Assembly (NCBI GenBank): GCA_947625165.1
Contig: CANQNH010000002.1
Location: forward strand, 1 to 54,575
Direction: 5' to 3'
Origin: an uncultured Clostridia bacterium
GTDB lineage: Bacteria; Bacillota; Clostridia; Christensenellales; UBA1242
Length of the DNA: 54,575 nt
Below are positions 37,304-47,148 of this stretch, in pieces. Under the pieces are notes generated by a model. The model did not search any database and was not told the DNA's origin. It saw only the letters and a program-made list of their open reading frames with translations. The translations under genes were made by a program, and so were the position numbers. Numbering within the stretch: position 1 is the first letter of the stretch; each line of letters begins with the position of its first letter.

Positions 37304-39007
37304 TCATTTTTGTGGCACTTTGAAACCGTCTTTCAAAGATATTGTGCTGTTGAACACAAGATTTTGGTCTGTGCTGTCTTTGTCAACACAATAATATCCT
37401 TTTCGCATAAATTGGAATTTGTCTTCAACTTTTGCATCTTTAAGGAAATTTTCAGCAAGAGCAGTTCTTTCTGTGAGAGAATTTGGCTCCAACATATCTT
37501 CAATTTTGACGCCATCTGCAAGTGATTTTGCAGGAAATTTATATTCCTCTTTTATCAAATTCTTAAATTCGCGAATTGTCACCTTAAAGCAGTTGTCGGC
37601 AGAAACAAAGTGGATTGTTCCTTTGCATTTTATTCCCGAAGTGTCGTCACCGCTCTTGGTGTTTGGCAAATATTCACACTCCAAATGGTCAATGTTGCCG
37701 TTTTTGTCCTTCACCACTTTGTTACATTTGATGATATACGCACCTTTCAGGCGCACAATTCCGCCTTCAACAAGTCGATTATATTTTGGTGGCGGATTTT
37801 CGCTGAAATCCTCTTTTTCAATGAAGATTTCTCTGCCAAACAACGCCTTGTGTTTTCCGGCACTTTCGTCATTAGGATTGTTTTCAATCTCAATTTCCTC
37901 ACTTTTTCCGTTGAAATTTGTGATGACAACTTTCAGTGGGTCAAGCACAACCATCGCTCGCGTTGCGATTTTGTTCAGATCTTCACGCACATAATGCTCT
38001 AAGGCGGAGTATGGCACGCTGACTTCAATCACGCTTCCCCATCCGACAGATTTCACAAAGTCCTTGATGGCTTTTGGAGTGTAACCTCGGCGGCGCAGCG
38101 CCACCAAAGTCACAAAACGTGGGTCGTCCCAGCCAGAAACATATCCACCCTTGACAAGTTGTTTCAAATATCGTTTTCCGGTCAAAACATTCTCAATCAC
38201 CACGCGAGAAAACTCCCTCTGCTTTGGGGCAAAAGGTTTTTTCCAACCGTTTTCAATAAACCACTCATAGATTGGGCGGTGGTCCTGAAAGCCTTTGTCG
38301 CAAAGGCTGTAGGTCACACCTTCAAGCGCATCCTCCATCGGATGAGCAAAGTCGTAGGCAGGATATATGCACCATTTGTTGCCAAGTTTATAGTGTTCAG
38401 CACGCAAAACGCGATACATCACAGGGTCACGCATATTCATATTTGGGTGCGCCATATCAATTTTTGCGCGCAAAGTTGCTTTTCCGTCCTCAAATTTTCC
38501 GTCACGCATAGCCCTGAAAAGCCGCAGATTTTCCTCAGGGGTGCGGTTGCGATAAGGGCTTTCCTTTCCGGGCTCGGTCAAACTGCCTCTTGTTGCGGAC
38601 ACTTCTTCTGCCGAGAGTTCGCACACATAGGCTTTTCCGTCCATAATCATTTGCTCGGCGATTTTGTATATGTCGTCGAAATATGCCTCAGATGCATAAA
38701 TCATCTTTTCAGGGGTGAAGCCAAGCCAAGCAAGGTCTTGCAGATAGCTCTCCGCAAACTCACCTTCCTCTTTAAGCGGGTTGGTGTCGTCCATTCGAAG
38801 ATAGGTTTTGCCGCCAAATTTTTGTGCCGTTTCAAAATTGATTGTCCACGCTTTTGCGTGACCGATGTAAAAATATCCACTTGGCTCAGGCGGGCAGCGA
38901 GTGACAACCTCTTTTGTTCTGCCGGCTTTGAAGTCAGCGATGATTTCTTCTTCAAGTTCGTTTTCTGGAACGATTGTGTCCAAATCAATGCCGTTTTTCA
39001 GTTTCAT
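37304..39007 (-). CDS. glnS: Glutaminyl-tRNA synthetase
   Basis: RCPPEPSGYFYIGHAKA (HIGH). FSRVVIENVLTGKRYLKQLV aligns with the E. coli GlnRS VMSKR region. C-terminal beta-barrel anticodon-binding part. 567 aa. Confidence 0.88.
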   Translation of the reverse strand: MKLKNGIDLDTIVPENELEEEIIADFKAGRTKEVVTRCPPEPSGYFYIGHAKAWTINFETAQKFGGKTYLRMDDTNPLKEEGEFAESYLQDLAWLGFTPEKMIYASEAYFDDIYKIAEQMIMDGKAYVCELSAEEVSATRGSLTEPGKESPYRNRTPEENLRLFRAMRDGKFEDGKATLRAKIDMAHPNMNMRDPVMYRVLRAEHYKLGNKWCIYPAYDFAHPMEDALEGVTYSLCDKGFQDHRPIYEWFIENGWKKPFAPKQREFSRVVIENVLTGKRYLKQLVKGGYVSGWDDPRFVTLVALRRRGYTPKAIKDFVKSVGWGSVIEVSVPYSALEHYVREDLNKIATRAMVVLDPLKVVITNFNGKSEEIEIENNPNDESAGKHKALFGREIFIEKEDFSENPPPKYNRLVEGGIVRLKGAYIIKCNKVVKDKNGNIDHLECEYLPNTKSGDDTSGIKCKGTIHFVSADNCFKVTIREFKNLIKEEYKFPAKSLADGVKIEDMLEPNSLTERTALAENFLKDAKVEDKFQFMRKGYYCVDKDSTDQNLVFNSTISLKDGFKVPQK

Positions 39008-39032
39008 TTAAAAAATCTCCTAGTTGTTTTTT

Positions 39033-39061
39033 ATTATATAGTTTGAAGGAAAAATTGTCAA
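39033..39061 (-). promoter_or_regulatory. Perfect consensus sigma-A promoter for glnS
   Basis: Minus strand TTGACA (39061-39056), 17 nt, TATAAT (39038-39033), then a short leader with AGGAG. There is no room for a T-box. Confidence 0.7.
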
Positions 39062-39211
39062 GAAAATGTGGGCGATAAAGTCGATAAAATGAAAGCAACA
39101 AACGCGACATTATCAAGGAAAATCGAACAAAAAAATCAAGAAAATAGAAATGAAAATAGAAAAACAAGAAAAAACTGCCATAAAAACACATCAAAACTCC
39201 AAAATTTGATA

Positions 39212-39240
39212 TTGACAACACAGTGTTTGTGTGATAAAAT
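39212..39240 (+). promoter_or_regulatory. Sigma-A type promoter (TTGACA-17-TGaTAAAAT)
   Basis: TTGACA 39212-39217, 17 nt, TAAAAT 39235-39240 with an upstream TG. Confidence 0.65.
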
Positions 39241-39302
39241 AAATCTTGACAACAATTCAAAAATCAAAACATAAAATCAAACACAAAAAAAGGAGAAAAG
39301 AA

Positions 39303-40214
39303 ATGACAGAAAACGTTTCGCCAGAAGAAAAAGACAAAATTTTAGACATGCGTGTTGAGGATTTGCCATTCAAAAGTGAGGATGCCGGCAAAAAGTTGAA
39401 GGGGCATCAATATCAGTTGGCAATCAAAAGGGCGTATCTATTTTTGCATCCGGTTCATCTTGAAAATTTGAAAGCCATTGTGTCAAAAGCATACAAAGAT
39501 CATTACAACAACAAAAATTGGAAGTTTGATGAGAAAGAATTTGAGAAGTTTATGAGTGACTTCGCAACGAGAAAAGTTGGCGGAACATATTTCACCGCAC
39601 CAGCAGTTGCAAGATATGTCTATGAAACGCCTGTGAGTGTCAGAGATTTGTTTGATTTTGGAATTGAGAAAATCATTGACGCCAAAGGTGTTGGCGATTT
39701 CACAAAGCAACTGTTTTTGCAATCTCTGAATGAAATTGGGATTGAATATGATGAAACAAAGAAGATGTTTCAAAAGCAAGAAAAAGTTTTTGCACAGGGC
39801 AAGTTTGACCGCGAAACTCTGATTGCCAAATTGGAAAAAGAGGGTGCATTGGCGCTGACAAAACTTCCGGCTTGGGCATTCGGCAAGGACAGCAACAGTG
39901 CGAAAGAGATTAAAGGTGCTTTTCAATATTATTATTATCATCTCAAACAGCAGTTGCGAGAAGATGTTGCAAGTCTTGACAAGCCAACAAGAGAAAAGCG
40001 TCTGAAATTCATTGAAAAACAGATTGGGCTTTATGGAACCATCGTTGACAGCAAATTGAAGGAACTTGACGATCGCGTGGCTGCCAACGCTATGCTTGAC
40101 CAAGCGTTTGGAAAATTTGATGGTGCTGTTGCATCGACAGAAGAAAAATTTCATCACGGCAATTTTGCGCCAAAACAAAAACAACACTTGAACCCTCATG
40201 AAAGAGAAATTTGA
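39303..40214 (+). CDS. Hypothetical 303-aa soluble protein, possibly with a helix-hairpin-helix-like segment
   Basis: AGGAG precedes ATG 39303. IIDAKGVGDFTKQLFLQSLNEIGI looks HhH-like; otherwise there is no recognisable motif. The ORF track extends it to 39246. Confidence 0.65.
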   Translation: MTENVSPEEKDKILDMRVEDLPFKSEDAGKKLKGHQYQLAIKRAYLFLHPVHLENLKAIVSKAYKDHYNNKNWKFDEKEFEKFMSDFATRKVGGTYFTAPAVARYVYETPVSVRDLFDFGIEKIIDAKGVGDFTKQLFLQSLNEIGIEYDETKKMFQKQEKVFAQGKFDRETLIAKLEKEGALALTKLPAWAFGKDSNSAKEIKGAFQYYYYHLKQQLREDVASLDKPTREKRLKFIEKQIGLYGTIVDSKLKELDDRVAANAMLDQAFGKFDGAVASTEEKFHHGNFAPKQKQHLNPHEREI

Positions 40215-40375
40215 ATTTGATGAAATGAAGAATAAAAAGCAGAAACGAAGAAAAATTTGAGAATAAATTTTAAAAAATCAAAAAACAAAAATAAAAAAGC
40301 ATAATAAAAAATCAGAGATTTTGGAAAATAATAAAAGGAACAAAATTTCAAAAAATCTATAAAAAAAACAAAAAA

Positions 40376-40407
40376 ATCAAAAAAGCGCAAATTTTTTGCG
40401 TTTTTTT
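40376..40407. terminator. Bidirectional intrinsic terminator between convergent genes
   Basis: A-run, GCGCAAA-ttt-TTTGCGT hairpin, then T7. Confidence 0.5.
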
Positions 40408-40509
40408 ATTATTTTTTTGCGTTTTAAATTATTTTTTTTGAATTTTTGAAAACGTTTTTCATTTTTCAAAATTGATTTTTATTTTCAATTTTTTTGTGTT
40501 GTTATATCT

Positions 40510-41103
40510 TTATTTCATTTTTGCACGCAGTTTGTTTTTTATTCTTGTCAAGGAGTTGTCGATTGCTTTTTGTGTTAGCCCCAAACTTTGCGAAATCTCC
40601 TTATACGAAAAACCTTGGAGATAGGAAATCAAAACTTTGATTTCTTGCTCGCTGAGAGTGTTTTTGATTGTGTTTTTCAGTTTCTCAAAATTTTCTCTGT
40701 CAATCGCTTTTTCGGCAGGGGTGGTGTCAAGCACAAGTTCGATTGGAAGATAGTCCAAACTTTCGTTTGTGTTTGAAACAAAACTTTGAAAAGAAACCGC
40801 GTTTGAAAGTGGTTTGTTTCGATTTGTGTTTGCACGCCTTATGGCTGTCTGGATTTGATGTTTGATGCAAAGTATCGCAAAGGTTTTGAATGAGGTTTCT
40901 TTGTGTGAAGAAAAACCCTTGATTGCTTTGTAAAGCCCAATCATCCCTTCTTGAATGATGTCCTCAATGTCGCCGCCAACAAGAAAATAGCCGCGGCTTA
41001 TTTTCACGACAAGGTCTTTATAGCGCGAAAACAACTCATTTTCAGCATTTTCGTCACCTTTTTTCATTTTTTCAATCAATTCTTCATCTGTTGCCATTTC
41101 CAT
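40510..41103 (-). CDS. sigH: Sigma-70 family factor of the SigH (Spo0H) type
   Basis: YKDLVVKISRGYFLVGGDIEDIIQEGMIGLYKAIKGF...SFKTFAILCIKHQIQTAIRRA closely follows the SigH signature. Its position after mrnC-rlmB matches Bacillus. Confidence 0.8.
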   Translation of the reverse strand: MEMATDEELIEKMKKGDENAENELFSRYKDLVVKISRGYFLVGGDIEDIIQEGMIGLYKAIKGFSSHKETSFKTFAILCIKHQIQTAIRRANTNRNKPLSNAVSFQSFVSNTNESLDYLPIELVLDTTPAEKAIDRENFEKLKNTIKNTLSEQEIKVLISYLQGFSYKEISQSLGLTQKAIDNSLTRIKNKLRAKMK

Positions 41104-41176
41104 TCATCCCACATTTTGAAAATTTTGAAAAGTTTTCCGAATTTTGCATAATAATTTGTTTTTTCTGACTTATGAT

Positions 41177-41899
41177 TTATTTCTTTTGATTTTCTCTCTG
41201 TCTCAAAATTTCATAAATCACAATTCCCGCACTGACGCTGGCGTTTAACGAATTGACCGACCCTTTCAGTGGCAGGGTGACAATGCCGTCACAATATGTT
41301 CTCAAACTCTGCTTGATGCCGTTGCCTTCGCTTCCAACCACAACAGCAATCGGCCCAGTCAAATTTTGAGAATAGATGTCCTCTCCGCCAAGTTCACAGG
41401 CATACACCCAAAGCCCATTTTCTTTGAGTTGGTCAATGGCGGTTTTTAAGTTGGCAACGCGTGCAATTTTCATATTTGAAATTGCTCCGGCAGATGTTCT
41501 CACCACAGTTTCATTGACCTGACAAGAACGCATTTTCGGAATGATGATGCCGTCAACGCCGGCGCATTCGCAAGTTCTTATGATTGCCCCAAGGTTGTGT
41601 GGGTCCTCAATTCCGTCAAGCAAAACAACAAAAGCCTCATTTTTGCAGTTTGAAATTATGTCATTCACAGAACAATATTCAAAATCCACCGTTTCGGCGA
41701 TGTAGCCTTGATGATGCCCGGTGATGCTTTTTTCGTCAAGAATTTTCTTTGGCAAAAAATCAATTTTCAGTTGATTTTTTCGTGCCAAATTTATCACATC
41801 GTCTTTGCGCGATGCAAAATTTTTGTCAATCAAAATTTTGTTTATTGTCATCTCATTTTTGATTGCTTCAACAACTTGATTTTTCCCTTCAATTTGCAT
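41177..41899 (-). CDS. rlmB: SpoU/TrmH-family 23S rRNA 2'-O-methyltransferase (RlmB/YacO-like)
   Basis: N-terminal L30e-like substrate-binding part. DGIEDPHNLGAIIRT, VVVGSEGNGI, LNASVSAGIVIYE. 240 aa. Confidence 0.85.
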   Translation of the reverse strand: MQIEGKNQVVEAIKNEMTINKILIDKNFASRKDDVINLARKNQLKIDFLPKKILDEKSITGHHQGYIAETVDFEYCSVNDIISNCKNEAFVVLLDGIEDPHNLGAIIRTCECAGVDGIIIPKMRSCQVNETVVRTSAGAISNMKIARVANLKTAIDQLKENGLWVYACELGGEDIYSQNLTGPIAVVVGSEGNGIKQSLRTYCDGIVTLPLKGSVNSLNASVSAGIVIYEILRQRENQKK

Positions 41900-41999
41900 T
41901 TTTTTGCCCTTTTTTGTTGATTTTTTCTGCTTTTTATTGCATTTTTTCTAATTTTTTTGCTTTATTTGATTTTTTTTAATTTTTAAATTTTTTCTTTTT

Positions 42000-42386
42000 T
42001 TAATTTTCTTCAATAATTTTCATTGATTTTTGCAAAATTTCTTCAAGTCTTTTTGTGTTTTCGGTCAAAAACAAAAAGCCAATCAAAGCCTCAAAAGCGG
42101 TTGCTTTCTTGTATGTTTCCTCGTCAAAATTTTTTGCCGAATGTTTGTTGTGTGCGTTGCGAGCTTTCCTCACAACCTCTTGTTCAGCTTCAGACAATTC
42201 GCTTTGCAAAAAGTCCAGAGCCTTTGCCTGCGCGCTTGCGTTGCAAAATTTTTTTGCGCGGAGGTGATAGGTGCTCAGTTTTTCTCTTTGTCCTTTCAAA
42301 ACTTTCATACGCACAAAACTTGTGTGCAGAGAATCTCCAAGAAATGCCAATGCAAGAGGGGACAATTCTTCAATTTTTTCTTTCAT
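42000..42386 (-). CDS. mrnC: Mini-ribonuclease III
   Basis: LALAFLGDSLHTSFVR, SAQAKAL, RKARNAHNKHSAKN, TAFEALIGFLFL. 128 aa. Confidence 0.8.
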   Translation of the reverse strand: MKEKIEELSPLALAFLGDSLHTSFVRMKVLKGQREKLSTYHLRAKKFCNASAQAKALDFLQSELSEAEQEVVRKARNAHNKHSAKNFDEETYKKATAFEALIGFLFLTENTKRLEEILQKSMKIIEEN

Positions 42387-42484
42387 ACAACTCCCAACTT
42401 TTGATTTTTAAGATTTCCGTTTTGCAAATATATTCTTCAAGATGCCGCGGTTTTTTGAAAGTGTTTCTGCTCTTTTCTTGAAAT

Positions 42485-43579
42485 TTAGTTGTTGAATTTG
42501 AAAAGAACAACATCGCCGTCTTGGACGACATAGTCTTTCCCTTCAATCCTCACTTTTCCTTTTTCTTTGGCCTTCAAAAGACTTCCAGCTTCAACGAGGT
42601 CGTCATAAGACACAATCTCGGCCTTGATGAAGCCTTTTTCAAAATCGCTGTGGATTTTCCCTGCCGCCTCAGGTGCTTTTGTGCCTTTGTTGATTGTCCA
42701 CGCACGCACTTCTTTTTCACCTGCGGTGAGATAACTCATAAGCCCCAAAAGGTCATAACTTGCCACAACCAATTTTTCAAGCCCACTTGTTTTGATGCCA
42801 AGTTCTTCTTTGAACAGTTCGCGTTCCTCTTTGTCAAGGCTAACAATTTCTTCTTCAATTTTTGCACACAAGACAACCACTTTTGCGTTTTCTTTTTCAG
42901 CAATTTCTTTCACCTGCTGAACATAAGAATTGTCCTCTTTGGCGATGTCGCTTTCGGCGATGTTTGCAACATAAATCACTGGTTTTGCGGTGAGAAGCGA
43001 GAAATTTTTCAAAAGCTTTTGTTCGTCCTCGTTGAAAGGCAGGGTGCGGGCTTGCTTTCCAACTTCAAGTGCGTCTTTTATGCGCCTCATCATCTCCACA
43101 GCGGTGACAAGCGATTTTTCTTTGTTCTGCCTTGCAACTTTTTCGTTTTTATCCAAAAATTTGGTCACTTGTTCAAGGTCTGCAAGTGCAAGTTCGGTTT
43201 CAATCACCTCAATGTCGCGTTTAGGGTCAATGCTTCCGCTTACGTGAATGATTTTTTCGTTGTCGAAGCAGCGGACAACGTGTACAATGGCATCGACCTC
43301 ACGAATATGGCTCAAAAATTTGTTTCCAAGCCCTTCGCCGTGACTTGCACCAGCAACTAATCCCGCAATATCAACAAATTCAATGCTTGCAGGCGTGATT
43401 TTCTGTGTTGCATACATCTTTCCAAGAACTTCAAGTCGCTTGTCTGGAACATCAACCACACCAATGTTTGGCTCGATTGTGCAGAAAGGATAGTTTGCGC
43501 TTTCGGCGCCAGCTTCTGTTATTGCGTTGAATAATGAACTTTTTCCAACATTTGGAAGTCCAACAACTCCAATTTTCAT
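42485..43579 (-). CDS. ychF: Ribosome-binding ATPase YchF
   Basis: [31 protein letters not shown], and a C-terminal TGS-like domain [27 protein letters not shown]. 364 aa. Confidence 0.95.
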   Translation of the reverse strand: MKIGVVGLPNVGKSSLFNAITEAGAESANYPFCTIEPNIGVVDVPDKRLEVLGKMYATQKITPASIEFVDIAGLVAGASHGEGLGNKFLSHIREVDAIVHVVRCFDNEKIIHVSGSIDPKRDIEVIETELALADLEQVTKFLDKNEKVARQNKEKSLVTAVEMMRRIKDALEVGKQARTLPFNEDEQKLLKNFSLLTAKPVIYVANIAESDIAKEDNSYVQQVKEIAEKENAKVVVLCAKIEEEIVSLDKEERELFKEELGIKTSGLEKLVVASYDLLGLMSYLTAGEKEVRAWTINKGTKAPEAAGKIHSDFEKGFIKAEIVSYDDLVEAGSLLKAKEKGKVRIEGKDYVVQDGDVVLFKFNN

Positions 43580-43746
43580 ACTTTAAACTCCAACTTTTTC
43601 GTGAAATTTTGTGTTTTTATCGTGAAATTTCGTGATTTTCTTTAAGATTTTTGTGTTTTATTGTCAAGTTTCGCTTTGAAAACAATAGTTCTTTTCAAAT
43701 TTCAAACAGAAAAGAAAAGGGATTTTTCTCCCCTTTCTGTTCTATT

Positions 43747-46700
43747 TTATCTTCCTCTTCCATTAGATGCAGTGCGAGTGTTGTTTTGTTGCTGTTGTTG
43801 CTGTTGCTCTGTGTTTCTTGCACGGGCTCTTCTTGCCCTTCTCAATCTCGCCATTTCGGTGTTTCTTCTCGCCCTTGCCTCTTCGGCACGTCTTTGTGCA
43901 CGTTCTTGTTGCTCGGCACGCTGTCTTTCAGCCCTTGCTCTCACAGCTTCTTGCTGCTGTCGTAACAACGCTTCAAGGTCTTGATTTTGCACGACTTGTT
44001 GCAGATTTGCACGCTTGTTTTGCTCTTTCAATTGTGAGTTTTCATTTTCCACCGCCGTTCTTTGTGCTTCATAGAATGCAATCTGCTCTGGTGTTAAATC
44101 TTTGTTTTCTTTCAAAACAACATTAAGTTGTTTGCCGTAAATCGAGTTTTCATCAATAGTGTGCTGATTTTGAGCCTTGACAAGATTTCTTTTTGCCCTG
44201 ACATAGCCACGTTTTTTGTCAAACTTTTCAAGTTCTTCTCGCAATTTTTCAGGGTCGGAAGCATATCTTTCCTCAACTGCACTGCGTGCACGCTCATAGC
44301 CCGCCACTTTGGATGAATATTTGCCAATTGTTCTTGTGGCTTTTGCCGATTTCACTCTTGACAGACTTTCAAGCCGTTCTTCAGTTCGCTCCATCTTTGA
44401 CAAATCAATTTTGTTGAGAAGTTTTTTGATTTGGTTGAGTGGTTGAATGACTTGATATGTGAATGCTGAAAATGTGAAGCCGAAAAATGCAACATATGCA
44501 AATGGCACAAACATTGAAACAACAAGCGACAAAATTCCAAGAATAAGCAAACCTTTGAACAGATTTTCGTTTGGATTTAGGATTTCATATTTGTGGTCAC
44601 CCATCTTCTTTGGTTTTGGAAGTGGCTCCGGAATTGGTTCTGGTTCAGGATCAGGAACGGGTTCAGGATCAGGCACTGGGTCTGGTGGAGGAGGTGGCAC
44701 AGGATCAGGAATTGGATCTGGTGGAGGAGGTGGCACAGGATCACCATTATGTTCAATAATTCTTTGAGTGTCGATTTCTCGTTCAAGTTCTGCTGCTTTG
44801 TTGAATGACACCAAATTTTCAACCTTTTGGTGAGATATGTCATGAACATTGTATTCCTTCCCACCAATTTTTCTCTTACGAGGATTTGGGGCATTGTTTT
44901 TCTTTGCCAAAGCATCTGCTTCTTCAAATTCTTTTTCAAGGCAGGCTCTTATGTCGGCAAAAAATTGTTGATTTGCATCAAATGGAGCGTTTATCATCAA
45001 GTCAACATTGCCGGAGCTGTTTTTGCAGGTCACACAAAGGCGCTGTTCGCCATTTGTTTCTTGCAAACTGCACGCCCTTATTTCATAAAACTTCGGTGCA
45101 CGAATGGAGTCATTGCGTGTTTGAACATAAAGATAGTGCTTGCCATCTCTTTCCAATATGCTTGGATATTGAGGCTCAGTTTCGCCTTCAAGCATCAGTG
45201 GGAAAGAGTGAAGAATGGTGTTGTTTGCAACTTCAAGATGAATGGCCTGTGTTCTGTTTTTTGGGCTTCTTTCGTTTTGCTTTGTGCGTTCAAGCAAGAT
45301 GTTTTCAATCATAAGAGTTGAATAAATCGGGTCTTGCTCAGGCGACAAAATGCAGTTTCCTTGATGATTTCGGTCAAAAAATCTTTGACTGACAATGACA
45401 TTTCGCGGTGAGGAAGAAGTGTTTTGAGCTTCATGGTCTTTGCTGTCAAGAATTTTTGATTGGATTGCTGACACAATCAACGAAAAGTTTTTGTTTTCTG
45501 CGTGAACATCTGCAACTTCAAGTTCGTTGTTTTTTGTGATGCCTGCACGCGCAATCTCGCAGACATAGCCTCCGTCAACACTTGTGAGTTCGCCAAAATC
45601 AATTTGAGGGTTGTCCGCTCTCAAACTGTCAACAAATTCTTGCGTCATAAAGAGTTGAAGTCCACCAGTTTTGTTGTCGCTGATGGAAACCACTGTTTTT
45701 CCACTCTCACGGACATCAATCAACGGTGCACTTGCCTTTGAGGTGACTCCAAGCATTTGATATCTGTCTTCAACATCTTTTTGAACAATTTTGATGTTGG
45801 TGTATATCAAATCGGTTTTTCCACTTGTTTTGCCATATTCAAAATCCACTCCTTTTCTTGAACGGGAGCGTCTCAAAGTTTCAGTGACAACCTCTCTTTC
45901 TCTTGTTTCGTTTGGTGGAGTTGGAGTGGCTGGTTGTTGTGGCGGGGTTTGTTCGCGCGGTGGATTTTGTGGGGGAACTTGGGCATCTTCGCGTGGCGGA
46001 GTTGGATTGTTTTGGCGCGGTGGGTTTTGTGGAGGAGGGGTTGGGCTATCTTCGCGTGGTGAAGTTTGATTAGATGGTTGCTCGACTGCTGGTTGGCTTG
46101 GCTGCTGTGCAGCACTTCGTGCCTCCAAACTGTTTGCCTCTTCAAGTGCGGCACCAAGAGAGATTTCATTGTTGACATACCTTTGCACCAATCTCATCCT
46201 TGGGTCAAAATATTTTGCATCAGAGCCGACTGTCAACTTTCCATCTCTTTCCACATGTGCCTGACCGCTTTCGTGCATGAAGAAACGAACTCTTGCCTCG
46301 TCATCATCGCGGATTTTTTGTTGGGTCTTGAAATTGTCAAACCTCTCTTTAAAAATGTTTGCGTAGGCATAGGTGAGAAGAGTGGATTGAGAGTTTTTGT
46401 CTTTTTTATAGGACTTTACGGCTTTTTTAATCTTGTCCTCAAGATTTTTTTGCGATGGTGAAGAAGATGTATCTTCGTTCTCTTGTGCACGTCGGGCTTT
46501 GCCAATATCGGCGGCACGTTTTTTTGCTTGTTCAAGAGAATATTTTCCCGAAACTGCATAGTCGTGGGCAAGATTTAGTTTGTCCAAAAAGTGTGGGACA
46601 GAGTGCCCTGAGACAACCATATCGTTTTCAAAACGAACTTCTCCACTTTCGTTTAAGTAAAAAGCAACAATTGCGATGTCATTATCTTTGAAGCCGTGCT

Positions 46701-47088
46701 CAGCTTTAAAATTTTTGAAATCTTCCTCAAAAACTTCGGCATATGCTCGTGAAATGGCACTGTTATAGCCTTCTGGCAATTCTTTAAAATCAAGGACGCT
46801 GCTGACCAAGAGATGTCTCGGCGCAAAGTGTGCCGAGTTGTCAATCTCTGTGAGTTTTCCGTCTTTGTCAACGTGGGCTATGCCAAATTCGTGCAAATAA
46901 AAGCGAACCTTTGCTTCGTCAACATCGGCAATTTTCTGTTCTTGTTTGAAGCGTTCAAAATCACGTTCAAAAACCTGAGAATAAGTTTCAATATCATCCA
47001 CGGTGTGTTTGTATTTTTCGTCTTTTTCTTTGAACATTTCAACAAAAACACCAATTTTTCTTTTGATTTCTTCCTCTTTATTTGGCAT
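43747..47088 (-). CDS. Hypothetical 1,113-aa protein: 3 tandem ~100-aa repeats, Pro-rich spacer, central domain, PPPPP/DP spacer, hydrophobic hairpin, coiled coil, Arg/Gln-rich tail
   Basis: AGGAG sits 7 nt before ATG 47088, behind a perfect promoter. Repeats are visible by eye (see findings). Hydrophobic stretch GLLILGILSLVVSMFVPFAYVAFFGFTFSAFTY. The tail is ...RARAERQRAEQQERAQRRAEEARARR...QQQQQQQ. Confidence 0.85.
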   Translation of the reverse strand: MPNKEEEIKRKIGVFVEMFKEKDEKYKHTVDDIETYSQVFERDFERFKQEQKIADVDEAKVRFYLHEFGIAHVDKDGKLTEIDNSAHFAPRHLLVSSVLDFKELPEGYNSAISRAYAEVFEEDFKNFKAEHGFKDNDIAIVAFYLNESGEVRFENDMVVSGHSVPHFLDKLNLAHDYAVSGKYSLEQAKKRAADIGKARRAQENEDTSSSPSQKNLEDKIKKAVKSYKKDKNSQSTLLTYAYANIFKERFDNFKTQQKIRDDDEARVRFFMHESGQAHVERDGKLTVGSDAKYFDPRMRLVQRYVNNEISLGAALEEANSLEARSAAQQPSQPAVEQPSNQTSPREDSPTPPPQNPPRQNNPTPPREDAQVPPQNPPREQTPPQQPATPTPPNETREREVVTETLRRSRSRKGVDFEYGKTSGKTDLIYTNIKIVQKDVEDRYQMLGVTSKASAPLIDVRESGKTVVSISDNKTGGLQLFMTQEFVDSLRADNPQIDFGELTSVDGGYVCEIARAGITKNNELEVADVHAENKNFSLIVSAIQSKILDSKDHEAQNTSSSPRNVIVSQRFFDRNHQGNCILSPEQDPIYSTLMIENILLERTKQNERSPKNRTQAIHLEVANNTILHSFPLMLEGETEPQYPSILERDGKHYLYVQTRNDSIRAPKFYEIRACSLQETNGEQRLCVTCKNSSGNVDLMINAPFDANQQFFADIRACLEKEFEEADALAKKNNAPNPRKRKIGGKEYNVHDISHQKVENLVSFNKAAELEREIDTQRIIEHNGDPVPPPPPDPIPDPVPPPPPDPVPDPEPVPDPEPEPIPEPLPKPKKMGDHKYEILNPNENLFKGLLILGILSLVVSMFVPFAYVAFFGFTFSAFTYQVIQPLNQIKKLLNKIDLSKMERTEERLESLSRVKSAKATRTIGKYSSKVAGYERARSAVEERYASDPEKLREELEKFDKKRGYVRAKRNLVKAQNQHTIDENSIYGKQLNVVLKENKDLTPEQIAFYEAQRTAVENENSQLKEQNKRANLQQVVQNQDLEALLRQQQEAVRARAERQRAEQQERAQRRAEEARARRNTEMARLRRARRARARNTEQQQQQQQNNTRTASNGRGR
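44681..44743. repeat. 27-nt perfect direct repeat with 36-nt period, encoding the DPVPPPPPDPIP spacer
   Basis: tctggtggaggaggtggcacaggatca occurs at 44681-44707 and again at 44717-44743. Confidence 0.9.
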
Positions 47089-47119
47089 AAGGTTTCTCCT
47101 TGACTTCTTTGTATATTTG

Positions 47120-47148
47120 ATTATACCATAAAACAAGGCGTTTGTCAA
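47120..47148 (-). promoter_or_regulatory. Perfect consensus sigma-A promoter with extended -10
   Basis: Minus strand TTGACA (47148-47143), 17 nt, TGgTATAAT (-10 at 47125-47120). Confidence 0.7.

Noticed and set aside
38159-39046. 295-aa plus-strand ORF. The same applies to 32026-32904, 42521-43360, 12625-13236 and 39483-40199.
   Set aside because: Each lies antisense to a gene called on its own evidence: conserved motifs for glnS, gyrB, ychF and the RumA-family gene, and a strong promoter plus AGGAG RBS for the 303-aa hypothetical gene. For glnS, gyrB and ychF I checked that the antisense ORF is codon-aligned. All are shadow ORFs.
43651-43984. Plus-strand ORFs of about 105 aa rich in Cys, Leu and Ser (…CCCCCCSVFLARALLALL…).
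   Set aside because: They are antisense to the Arg/Gln/Glu-rich tail of the 1,113-aa gene (CAG, CAA and CGN repeats read backwards). They have no RBS.
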